From NCBI GenBank assembly GCA_012862495.1, contig BLSG01000233.1:80638-115375 (forward strand): DNA of 34,738 bases, written 5' to 3'. Source of the DNA: Thraustochytrium aureum (Eukaryota). The notes under the pieces were generated by a model that was not told the origin of the DNA, searched no databases, and saw only the letters and a program-made list of their open reading frames with translations. The first letter of the stretch is position 1; the number at the start of each line of letters is the position of its first letter. Shown here in pieces: positions 18,588-29,637 of this stretch. Made by a program: the position numbers and the translations under genes.

Positions 18588-20217
18588 TTACCCTTGGACG
18601 TTTGCCTCCGCAGCCTCGCTTGCAAGATCGTCCGACTTTGCCGCAGGACGACGCCCTCGCGCGTTGTCCTTGGGGTCGGCTTTCCCCGTGCTGTTTGGCG
18701 GGCCTTTCCGAGAACCGCTAGGTTTCTTGGCAGGCACAGGCAGGGCCGCAGCGGCGACCACGAGCACGGATTGTTGTGGCGGTTGCGGCAGTCTCTTTTT
18801 CGCGGCTGGTTTGGGGGCCGGGCTTTGCGGCGAGCCGATCTCCGTGTCAAGAGCTGCAATCGCGGCCGCAGCCTCCTCAACATTGAGCTGCGCAACCGGC
18901 GGGGTTGCTTTCGTCTTGTTGATCCGGCGGTTGTGGCGCCCCTTGGCCAGAAAGTAGACCGTGGCGATGCTACCTATCCCGATTGCCGCGTACAGAACGC
19001 CAGTGAGCGTGGACGACTCGTCGGCGCTCGAGCTCGTTCCAGTCGCTTGCACTTCGGTTGGGAGGGGCCACACTCTGGCTGCTTCAAATGTGGAGCGCAG
19101 GTCGTCGGTCGGCACCATAAGGTTAAAGTTGTCGCTCTCGCCCCAGTTGAGGCCTACAATGAACGGGCCGATATCCTCGTCGTCGAGCTCGAGGCGGCCC
19201 GCAGCGCTGTCGAATGTGAGGCCTTCAAAAATCGCGGCACCAGAAGCCCCCAAGAACGTGTCGCAAGTGTGGCGGATCGAGACGGCTGGCCTGGAGGATT
19301 CCTGAGAGGTGAAGCGTCCCAGCGTCGTACAGCCAAAGTGGCCACCCGGCGCGTCCGACTCCTTGAGAATATCCCCCGAGTAACCGATGTAGCTGACGAG
19401 GCGGGGCTGCGATTCGGAAAAGTCGTTGACAGGAGAGCCAGCGGAACGACGGGTAGCCGGTCGTGTCGCCGATCGGCTCTATCATCTGCAGGAGCGCGTA
19501 ATCCGAGTCGGAGCTCGACCAGGTCGCCCTGGAAAACTTGGCAGAGTAGGCGGTCACGCCTTGCGACGCGCCAACCGCGAGATACGCAGCGCGAAAGAAA
19601 CCGTCTGGGAGCTGGCCATCCACGAGGCCTAGGCAGTGCACGTTTGTGAGTGCAAGCCGCGAGCCAACGATTGTTGCTGTGCAGGTTCCGAGAAGCGTGT
19701 GCAAGCGACCGATTGCCCGAGCCGGGTACTGCAGCATCACCTCTGGTCCGAGCGCCACGCGGTCGTCCTCGCCAAGCACCGTTAGGCCTCGGTTGCGTAG
19801 GTGCCGACCCTGGCGGGACCGAATTTGGTTGTCCCGCAGCCAATCAGCGAAGGACGCATTGCGCTGCAGCTCGGCGAGGGTCTCGCTGTCCGCGATGGCT
19901 GATCCGGCTGCGTGCTCGGGCTGCTTCGCGCTTGCGTTTGGGGTCTCGACGGGGCGCCCCAAGATGTGCAAGTGCGCATCACCAACGCCCGATGCAGCAG
20001 CTGCGGGCCTTTCGGCCTCGTCTGGGGCTTGTCGCTCGCTCTGTGCAAGGCTGTCTGCCGGCTCGTGCAGGAACCCGAACCCGGTGCCTCTCGACCCCGG
20101 CGACACGGCAGCTCCGAGCGCGTTCGTGGTGCACAGGAGGCAGGCTTGCACCATCGCCAGCAGCAGGGGGAGCAGCGCCGCGGCAACAACGGTTGCGCGG
20201 CTGTGAGCCCTGGCCAT
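18588..20217 (-). CDS. Secreted/membrane-anchored trypsin-fold serine protease of V8/glutamyl-endopeptidase-like type; frameshift near 19430
   Basis: A signal-peptide-like start (MARAHSRATVVAAALLPLLLAMVQA) and propeptide precede VLGEDDR...YPARAIGRL...CTATIVG..LALTNVHC (His) and DSDYALL (Asp). A shifted frame gives YIGYSGD...HTCDTFLGASGAAIF (Ser). The C-terminal TM LTGVLYAAIGIGSIATVYFLA is followed by a basic tail. Confidence 0.82.
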
Positions 20218-21615
20218 CGTCGCGTGCACTGCGAGCCGCCCCCGCGTCAACTCAGCCTTGCGCCGCCCGCAGCAAACCCGGTCTCTGCAGGATCTGCAGC
20301 CAGGGCTTGCAGCTGGCTGAGCCGTCCCAGCAGCCTCAAGCAGGTTGGCGACAGCCTCGCGTGCGCGACAGCGCGCCCTTGCCAAGCCCCAAACGCCAAA
20401 CGTGTCTGCCAGTGCATGTACTCCCCGAGGAAGTAGCTCCACGTTGACTGTGGAGGTGGCGGTACTCGTGTACTCCGTGAGAGAGAGGAGTGGAATGTGG
20501 CACGCGTGTTCATTCATCGCTCCGCATGCGTTTTGGACCGACCAGCGCACAAGCCCCCGCCGGCTGAAGGAGGGCGTGCCGGCCACAATCACGCCGCCCA
20601 CGGCAGCCCATGGCAGGCCGCGGCAGGAGCAATCATAGAAGCCCCCGTGCGGATGCGCCGAGCGGGCAACGGGCAGGTGGGATAGGCGATCAGCAGCAGG
20701 TAGCCCTGACGAGGTTGATCTCAGGCTGAACTGAAGTGGATCGTTTGATGCGTTGTCAACAATCAAGATTGATCATGAAACACGGCACGCGCCAACTTGG
20801 CCAGCATTCGCCCTGTTCCCCGCATCAAACCCTCTATCTCGCGGCCACTCAGCGCGCCAAGGCCACGGCCGATACATAGAGGGCGCCCGCGCGAAGCCCC
20901 GCTATCCTTCGTGGATAGCGGGGTGGNNNNNNNNNNNNNNNNNNNNNNNNNNNNNNNNNNNNNNNNNNNNNNNNNNNNNNNNNNNNNNNNNNNNNNNNNN
21001 NNNNNNNNNNNNNNNNNNNNNNNNNNNNNNNNNNNNNNNNNNNNNNNNNNNNNNNNNNNNNNNNNNNNNNNNNNNNNNNNNNNNNNNNNNNNNNNNNNNN
21101 NNNNNNNNNNNNNNNNNNNNNNNNNNNNNNNNNNNNNNNNNNNNNNNNNNNNNNNNNNNNNNNNNNNNNNNNNNNNNNNNNNNNNNNNNNNNNNNNNNNN
21201 NNNNNNNNNNNNNNNNNNNNNNNNNNNNNNNNNNNNNNNNNNNNNNNNNNNNNNNNNNNNNNNNNNNNNNNNNNNNNNNNNNNNNNNNNNNNNNNNNNNN
21301 NNNNNNNNNNNNNNNNNNNNNNNNNNNNNNNNNNNNNNNNNNNNNNNNNNNNNNNNNNNNNNNNNNNNNNNNNNNNNNNNNNNNNNNNNNNNNNNNNNNN
21401 NNNNNNNNNNNNNNNNNNNNNNNNNNNNNNNNNNNNNNNNNNNNNNNNNNNNNNNNNNNNNNNNNNNNNNNNNNNNNNNNNNNNNNNNNNNNNNNNNNNN
21501 NNNNNNNNNNNNNNNNNNNNNNNNNNNNNNNNNNNNNNNNNNNNNNNNNNNNNNNNNNNNNNNNNNNNNNNNNNNNNNNNNNNNNNNNNNNNNNNNNNNN
21601 NNNNNNNNNNNNNNA

Positions 21616-24239
21616 CACCTTTTTCGAGATGCTCGGGAACTGGAGCTTTGGCGACTACTTCAAGAAGGAGGCCATCGACTGGAGCTGGGAGCTTTTGACT
21701 GGCGTGTACAAGCTCAACCCGGATCGCCTGTACGTGACTTACTTTCAGGGCAACGACGACGTGCCCGAAGACAAGGAGGCCCGCGAGCTGTGGATGCGCT
21801 ACCTGCCTGCGGAGCGCGTGCTCCCCTTGACGCCAAGGACAACTTTTGGGAGATGGGCGACACTGGGCCGTGCGGGCCGTGCAGTGAGATCCACTACGAC
21901 CGCATCGGTGGGCGCGACGCCGCGGCTCTGGTCAACATGGACGACCCCAACGTCCTCGAGGTGTGGAACCTGGTGTTCATCCAGTTCAACCGCAAGCCGG
22001 ACGGTTCGCTCGACCCGCTCCCGGCCTGCCACGTGGACACCGGCATGGGCTTTGAGCGCATCACCTCGGCGCTGCAGAACAAGGACTCGAACTACGACAC
22101 GGACGTGTTCACCCCGCTGTTCAAGGCGATCCACGCGTTTACGCCCGACATGCCCGAGTACGGCGGCAAGGTTGGCGCGGAGGACATCGGCAAGGTGGAC
22201 ATGGCGTACCGCGTCGTGGCCGACCACATCCGCACGCTGAGCTTTGCGATCGCCGACGGTGCATTCCCGAGCAACGAGGGCCGCGGGTACGTGCTCAGGC
22301 GCGTGCTGCGGCGCGCGGTGCGCTACGGCCAGGACGTGCTCAAGATGCCGGCCGGCTCATTCTCCAAGCTTGTGGCTGTCCTCGTGCGCCTGATGCGCGA
22401 CGTCTTCCCTGAGCTCGGTGAGAAGGAGTCGCTCATCTACGAAGTGATCCTTGACGAGGAGGAGACGTTTGCGCGCACCCTTCAGCGCGGCGTCCAGCGC
22501 TTCGGCAAGGAGGTCGCCAAGCTCATCGAGGCGGGCCAGAGCGTGGTCCCCGCGAGCGTCTCGTTCTTCATGTTCGAGTCGATGGGCTTCCCGTACGACC
22601 TCACCGAGCTCATGGCCGAGGAGCGCGGCCTCACCATGGACAAGGAGGGCTACGAGGCCAAGCTGCAGCAGCACGTCGAGCGCTCGCGCAATGCCCGGAA
22701 GACTGCTTCCGGCGACGGCGAGTCGCTGCGCAAGCTCGAGGCGAAGGAGACGGCCTACCTCGAGGAGGAGCTCAAGCTGGACCCCACCGACCACAGCGCG
22801 GTCTACACCTGGTACCAGGACGTGCCTGGCGCCACGGTCCAGGCCATCTTTGACGGCGAGAACTTTGTGAGCGAGGTGGACGTGGCCTCTAGCAAGACGT
22901 TCGGGTTCGTCCTGGACAAGTCCAACTTTTACTACGAGTCGGGCGGCCAGCTCGCGGATGCCGGCGCGCTCGTGCTCGAGTCTGACCCCTCGCTCGTGGT
23001 GGCCGTCTCGGACTGCCAGGCCTCCAAGGGGTTTATCGTGCACGCCGGCGCCGTGGAGCGCCGCGAGGGCGACGACATTGGCGACGAGGGCGGCGTGGCC
23101 GGCTCTGTCTCGGTCATCAAGGTTGGCGACAAGGTGATTTGCAAGGTGGACTACGAGCGCCGCGGCGACCTGGCCAAGAACCACACGTGCACGCACCTGC
23201 TCAACTTTGCCTTGCGCAAGATCGTCGCCAGCAACGTGGACCAGAAGGGCTCGCTCGTGACGGACGAAAAGCTGCGCTTTGACTTCAACGCGCAGCGCGC
23301 CGTCCCCCTCGAGCAGCTCATCGCCGTCGAGCAGACCGTGCGGCAGAAGATCCGCGAGTCGTCCCCGTGCACACCAAGGTGGTCCCGCTCGCGGACGCCC
23401 GCCGCATCACTGCGCTCCGCGCCGTGTTCGGCGAGACCTACCCCGACCCCGTGCGCGTCGTCTGCGTGGGCCCGACCGTTGACGAGGTCGTGGCCGACCC
23501 TCTCAACGAGAAGTGGCAAGAGTACTCGGTCGAGCTGTGCGGAGGCACGCACCTCACAAAGTCGAGCGAGGCGCGTGCGTTCTCGCTCATCTCGGAGGGC
23601 GCCCTCGCCAAGGGCATTCGCCGCGTCGTGTGCCTGACCGGCGACGCCGCCTTCAAGGCGTCTTCGGACGCCGAGGCGCTCCGCGCTCGGCTCGAGAACG
23701 CTGCGGGCCTTTCCGGCGTTGCGCTCGTTGCCGAGCAGAAGGCGCTGCAGGCTGACATCAAGGAGGCGCAGATCAGCGTCTCGGACAAGCACGAGCTTGC
23801 ACTCGCGGTTGACCGCCTCACGCGCCGCCTGCTCGAGGCGCAGAAGGAGTCGCTCGGCCGCGCCATGGACGCCACTCTGGCCGCCGTCGAGGGCGCTGTG
23901 GCGGCTGGCGCCAAGTCGTGCGTGTTTCTCATCCCCGAGCCGGGCTCCAACGCGCCCAAGGTTGGCGGGGACATTGCCAAGAAGCTCAAGTCGAGCCCGC
24001 TCCCGTTCCTCCTCGTTCAGACCAACCCTGAGGACAGCTCCATTATGTTTTATGCCAACGTGCCCAAGGCGCTGCAGGCGACGCTGTCGGCTCAGGAGTG
24101 GGTCGCGGCTGCGGGCCACTCTGTCGAGGTCAAGGGCGGCGGTAGCGCGGCAATCTTCAACGGCAAGGGCTCTGGCGACAACGCGGAGGCCTGCGCCTCT
24201 GCCGCGACGCAGTTTGCCGCCGAGAAGCTCGGCGCCTGA
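21616..24239 (+). CDS. AARS1: Alanyl-tRNA synthetase, eukaryotic cytosolic type; 5' end in gap, frameshifts near 21828 and 23360
   Basis: Contains [55 protein letters not shown] and [13 protein letters not shown]. Editing motifs NHTCTH and ELCGGTH are intact, and C-Ala KGGG is present. Confidence 0.97.
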
Positions 24240-24861
24240 ACGCTGCCGCTTCACTTGTCAAACAGGCTGTGCGGGACGCGGCCGCGGGCACTCAGAGTCA
24301 GTCCAGTCCACAACTAATCAACCACTTTCAACCTTTGGCCCCCGTGGGGAAGCAAAATTCGAAGACCTGTCGGAAGACGGCCTTTGCGGTGTTGACACGA
24401 GACGACCACAGTAGTTGGTTTGCAAACCGAGTGCTGACAGAGTGAGTACTCCACACACGTCCTCATCGCTCCACAAGTCAGGATGTTGTAGTGTCCAACG
24501 TCGGATCTGCGCCGGCAGCGGCAAACCATCATCGGGCCCACCTGCGGAAAGCCCAAGTCGTCCTCAGCGCGAGACAAGTGCACTCGTCACTGTACTCTGC
24601 ATGTACTCTCGACTCTCACAGCAGTCAGTACTTCGGAGTGCGGAGAGGCGGGAGCAGAGCTGGAGCGCAAACTGGGACGCGCCGCCGCCAGCGCGCCGCG
24701 CCTGCGCTGCTCGCACTCCAGCGCGGCTAGCGGGCCTCCTTCAGCGAGCGTGGCTCGAACGCGAGTAGACCCGAGGGTGCGCAGGCCTGCTGGCCGACCC
24801 GAGGAGAGGACCCACGGTGCGATTGGTTGGTCTGCTGCGGTGGGCCCGACCAAGCAAAGCC

Positions 24862-27507
24862 ATGGCCGGGCGAGGCCGCCTCGCACGGTCTAGCGTTGTC
24901 GTCGCAGGGCTGCAGCAATAGCCCTTCTGACCCCAGCTGGCGGCGGTGGCAGCAGCAGCAGCAGCACAAGAAGAAGAGAGCGGGGCACGCGACTTTTTGG
25001 AGTTTAGGGCACAACGAACGTGCAGCCCGAGCGTGGCAGAGGGCGCCTACAGGCCGAGAAACGGCACCGTTCACATCGGTATCCTTCAGGCGCTCGAAGG
25101 GCAGTGGGACGCGGCGTTCAGAGACTTGCTCAACGTGCCTCTCCTGTGCGCGCTGGAACACATCAACGAGTCGAACGTGCTGCTCCCCGGCGTCGTGGTC
25201 GAGCCGCTTTGGGTCGACACCGGCGGCACAGAGTCGGGCGGCGTCAAAGCCGCAATCTGCATGGAGCGGGCCGGGATCAAGGCAGCTTTGGGGCCAACTC
25301 GGAGCCAAGAAGCACGAGGGACCGGCGCGGCTGGCAAGGTTTTCGAGCAGATCAACATCGCCCAGACTGTGACTGGAACCGAGTTCCTCCAGAAGTCCAG
25401 GTACCCCTTTTTTGGAAGAATCATCCAGTCGGACGATTCTCGCGCGGTAGCTGCAGCCCTCAAGGGCCTTGGGATCACGCGGATAGGGACGCTGCACAGC
25501 GCGCCAAGCAGTATCAACCAGGAGTACGTGCAAAGGGTCATCCAGGCGGCAGGAGAGCTGGGCGTTCGCGCCGTGGAGAGCGCCATTGTTGCAGTGAACG
25601 GTCCTGCAGACAACAGCGTTGCCAGCCCCACAGTCCTGCGGGAGCGCGTGTTGAGCGCGCTCGAAAGTATACGCGACTCTGGGGCGCGCGTCGTGGTTGC
25701 AGCGGTCTCGAGCACGGAGGGCGTCGACGACATGCTGTTGCAGACGTTGCGCGCCGCGGAAAGCGAAGGCTATCTCGGCAAGGGCTGGATATGGGTATTT
25801 CCCCAGGGCGTGCTCATCCCGCTTGCGCGAGAGGGGGTCGTGGTCCCAGGGCTCCTTTCCCCCAGCCCAGCCAGTAGCGTAGACACGGCGGGGTTCAGGC
25901 AGCTTGTGGCCTGCCTGGACCGCCACCGCGCCGACGAGACGGGCCGATTCGCGGGTCTCGACTTTGATCCAATCCTGTCATATCCTGACTTTGCCTCGAT
26001 CGCATTCGACTCGGCTCTCGCCTTTGCGCACATTCTCGAGAACGCAGGAGGAGTGGCGGCTGCCCAGAATGCGAACGCGCTTTGGGCTGCGCTCGTGGGC
26101 ACCAGCTTTTGGGGGGCGTCTGGCTTGGTCGAGTTTGACTCGAACGGCGGTCGGGGCGGTGCGAACTTTGAGTTGGGCAATACTGGGCTGGATGGCGAGC
26201 TTCGGACTGTGGGGTTGATCGACGCCGCGAACGGCACGCTCCGCCTGACCGAGGACCTCATCTTTCCTGGTGGGCTTGAGCAGCAGCCACCAGACTTTGT
26301 CCTTCCGTGCAACAAACGCGGTTTCGAGACAGCTATCGCAGGGTGCGCACCGCAGCGAAAGATCACTTTCGAGGCGGTGTCTGCCGACGTGGCCGCCATG
26401 TGCACTGCTCCAGAGGCGTTTGAGATCCCGTGCGACCACGCCCTCGCTGTCAACAACGTCGTCTGGGTGGCATTCTGCGCCTGTTGCATCGCCTTTACGC
26501 TCGGGCTCTGCTATTACCTCGCACGACATTGGTCGCACAAGGTCGTCCTCGCCTCGCAAAAGCGGTTTTTGGCTGCCATGCTCTGCGGGGCGCTAATTGC
26601 CGAGTCGGTCCCGCTGCTCCTTCTCGGCGAGCTCACAGCCGTGCGGTGCGCAGTCCTTCCGGTCGGCGCCTCGACTGCGGCGGTGCTATTGTTTGGGCCG
26701 CTCTTCCTCAAGTCCTGGCGTCTGAGCCGGCTCCTCCGCAACTCCAACATGTCCCGCTTGCGCATCACAGACGCTCAGCTGTTTTCTTACCTCGGCGCGC
26801 TTCTCATGCTCAACACCGTGCTGCTCGTCGCGGCGATTGTGGCGGCTCCGCTGCGCCCGACGCAGGTTCAGATCGCCTATGGTGGCGCCGTTGTGGAGGA
26901 CACGGTTTGCCACGCGGCGACCAATTCTGCATTTCTTGGCGTGTACTTGCTGATCCTGGCCATGTTCGCGGCGGGCCTCGTTCTTGCTTTTCGCGTTCGC
27001 AAGGCCTCCACAGTGTTGAGCGAGAGCAAGTGGATATTTGTCGCGTCGTACAACGGGGCCGTGCTCGGGGCCGTCACGCTGGGCATCCTGTCGTTTTTCC
27101 AGGCCAGTGCCGACCAGTATTTCGCCATCGTGTCCTGCGGGTTCTGCCTCATCGCCGTGACAACCTGCTCGCTCATCTTGTACCCGAAGTTCAAGCTCAT
27201 CTACTGGAGCATCGAAGTGGACGTCTTGGACAAGGGTTCGGCAGCTGCGCGCCGCCGCGCGAGGGAGCCGGCTGCCGCGCTCGAACTGGCGCGTCAAAGC
27301 GCGAGTGGGGACCCCTCGAGCAGCTTTCGGCGGTCCGAGAGCGGGGGCATCAGCGCATGGGTGTCTCGCGAGGACCACGAGCGCCTCGCGCGCGAAAAGG
27401 TGGACTTGGAGGCGCGCATCAAGGCCTTGGAGGCGCGTCTCGGTGGCCGCACTGTGACCGACGACGCCCGAGCGGACTCGTCCGACGCCGCTGTGGCGAT
27501 CATGTGA
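24862..27507 (+). CDS. Class C (GABA-B-like) G-protein-coupled receptor: Venus-flytrap ectodomain, 7TM, C-terminal coiled coil
   Basis: Ectodomain motifs are ALEHINES..LLPG, LGP..S, KSRYPFFGR, FDSALAFAH and SFWGASGLV.FD.NG.R. Seven TM segments carry KSWRL.R, ESKWI...YN and PKF. ATG 24862 is in frame with the ORF at 24946; two compensating indels near 24913 and 24931 would give a signal peptide. Confidence 0.88.
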
Positions 27508-28050
27508 TCATGCTGGCAGGAAGTTTGAAATCAATCAAAATCTGTTGTTGTTCCCGAGCCACGAGCGAGTGCACACGCTCGGAGTGCTTCTGTCTGGTAA
27601 ACCGCCCAGCTCCTCAGCCCGCACGACCCACTCGGTGAAACCCCAGGCGCGGCGCACACGCCGGAGATGGCGCCTGCAAGTGCGCAGCCTCTTTTCGCAC
27701 GAGTGAATCTCTCGCGCGCGCGCCCGCTCGGGCATCCTGCAAGGTGCAGCTCTTGCACGCGCACGAGTGGCGAGGAGGCGTGAAATGGAGTTGCCGGCGC
27801 TCGACACTCGACTTGGACTGCGACAGACGCTGTTGACGCGCGACGCGGAGCTGCTGCCAAGCCGCACGAAGCAGACAGTCAGTCGCACGGNNNNNNNNNN
27901 NNNNNNNNNNNNNNNNNNNNNNNNNNNNNNNNNNNNNNNNNNNNNNNNNNNNNNNNNNNNNNNNNNNNNNNNNNNNNNNNNNNNNNNNNNNNNNNNNNNN
28001 NNNNNNNNNNNNNNNNNNNNNNNNNNNNNNNNNNNNNNNNNNNNNNNNNN

Positions 28051-29397
28051 CTGGCCGAGAAGCAGGCCAAGTTCGTGCGGCAAGTGAGCGAGCTGCTCAA
28101 CAAGCTTGATGAGCGCGGCAGCGAGATGAGCGGAAAGATGGAGGAGCGCATCAGCAAGCTGCGGGAGAAAGTGGAGGAGCAGCAGAACGTGGTGGTGCCC
28201 AAGATCCAGGAGACCATTGACAAGCTGGAGGAGCAGCGCGAAGACGTCCGCGCGCGCACGACCCCGCTCGTTCGGAAAGCTGTTACCGGCGACGAGGACC
28301 TCTCCGTGGAAGAGTGGCTCAACAAGTACAAGGTGGTCAAGGCCATGGACAAGTACACGTTTGTGTGCGGCGTGGCCTTCATGCAGGTCACCCAGTACAT
28401 GATGGTTCGATACCCCGACTACTTTCGGTTCTACTTTGCGCTGAGCGCGATCGTGCTGCTGGGCCTTCGCTTCTACACGTACAAGCGCGACAAGATGCAC
28501 TACTTCCTGCTCGACTACTGCTACCTGACCAACACGCTCTGCATCATCAACGCGCTCTTCTTCCCGCACTCGGCGGTCTTCTGGCAGGTCAACTTTGTGG
28601 CCTGCAACGGGCCGCTCATGTGGGCCATCGTCGCGTGGCGCAACTCGCTGGTGTTCCACTCGCTTGACAAAGTAGTGAGCATCTTTATCCACGTCGTGCC
28701 CTCGCTCCTCATGTACGCCGAGAGGTGGGGCGCGTCCGGGTCGCACATGTGCGCCTCGCCGGGCAACTGCGCGATGGACGTCAAGTCGGCCTTCGTCCTT
28801 CCTCTGCTTGTGTTCATCTTTTGGCAGGTCAGCTACCTGGTGATCACCGAGATGGTCCGCAAGCACCGCTTCCAGGAAGAGCCTGAGCTCATGACCAGCC
28901 TGCGGTGGATCGCCAAGGACAAAAAGAACTCGGTGCACCAACTCATGCTTCGCTTCGGTCGCGAGACCGGCCTGCTGGAGAAGGACGAGGAGCTCGACAT
29001 GAACAAAAAGCCAGGGCTCATTATCGGCGTGTTCGTGGCCTTCCAAACCATCTACACGATCGCAACCTTTGTGCCCACGTGGATTATGTTCCGCGTCAAG
29101 CCGCTGCACGGCGCGTTCATCATCTTCATCTGCGTCACAGCCACGCTCAACGGTGCCAACTTTTACTTTGAGGTTTTTGCCAAGCGGTACGAGGCGGGCC
29201 TGCAAAAGGCGACCATCAAGTCGGACAAGCGCAAGTCGAAGAAGCGCGAGTCCGAGTCGGCTTCCACCCCCGGTCGCAAGGGCCTGTGCGCCGTCCCCAA
29301 CGAGAACGACCGCGCTATGATCAAGGCCGAGGCAGAGGCAGCCGCCAAGGAGCAGCCCGAGGCCGAGCCACTCCTCATGCGCACGCCGTCGCTCTAG
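28051..29397 (+). CDS. GPC1: Glycerophosphocholine acyltransferase GPC1/GPCAT (DUF2838); start in or before gap 27891-28050
   Basis: Contains DKYTF..GV, HYFLLDYCY, GPLMWAIVAWRNSLVFHSLDKVVSIFIHVVP, WQ..Y, TSLRW and NGANFYFEVF. Multi-pass membrane protein. Confidence 0.9.
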   Translation: MAEKQAKFVRQVSELLNKLDERGSEMSGKMEERISKLREKVEEQQNVVVPKIQETIDKLEEQREDVRARTTPLVRKAVTGDEDLSVEEWLNKYKVVKAMDKYTFVCGVAFMQVTQYMMVRYPDYFRFYFALSAIVLLGLRFYTYKRDKMHYFLLDYCYLTNTLCIINALFFPHSAVFWQVNFVACNGPLMWAIVAWRNSLVFHSLDKVVSIFIHVVPSLLMYAERWGASGSHMCASPGNCAMDVKSAFVLPLLVFIFWQVSYLVITEMVRKHRFQEEPELMTSLRWIAKDKKNSVHQLMLRFGRETGLLEKDEELDMNKKPGLIIGVFVAFQTIYTIATFVPTWIMFRVKPLHGAFIIFICVTATLNGANFYFEVFAKRYEAGLQKATIKSDKRKSKKRESESASTPGRKGLCAVPNENDRAMIKAEAEAAAKEQPEAEPLLMRTPSL

Positions 29398-29497
29398 GGG
29401 CGCGGCTGCGCTGATACCTACTAAACAAAATGACGAGTAAAATGAAACCCTCGAACCGCCCGGGCGCCCGCCTGCTCCTTGCCTGTGGCTTTCCAGG

Positions 29498-29612
29498 TCA
29501 ATCAACCAATCAATCAATCAACCGAAGCCGAAGCAAGCAACAAAATCAATCAACCAATCAATCAATCGAAGTCGAAGCAAGCAGTGAAATCATTCCACTA
29601 ACCAACCAACCA
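29498..29612. repeat. (TCAA/CCAA)n microsatellite within an approximately 48-bp duplicated unit between convergent 3' ends
   Basis: tcaatcaaccaatcaatcaatc...cgaagcaagca occurs twice, followed by aaccaaccaaccaa. Confidence 0.75.
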
Positions 29613-29637
29613 ATGTTGAATGTTGAATCCGTTGCTG

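Noticed and set aside
21616..24239. AlaRS, OLA1 and GRASP as pseudogenes
   Set aside because: Catalytic and editing motifs and codon bias are intact and there are no nonsense substitutions. The indels look like sequencing errors.
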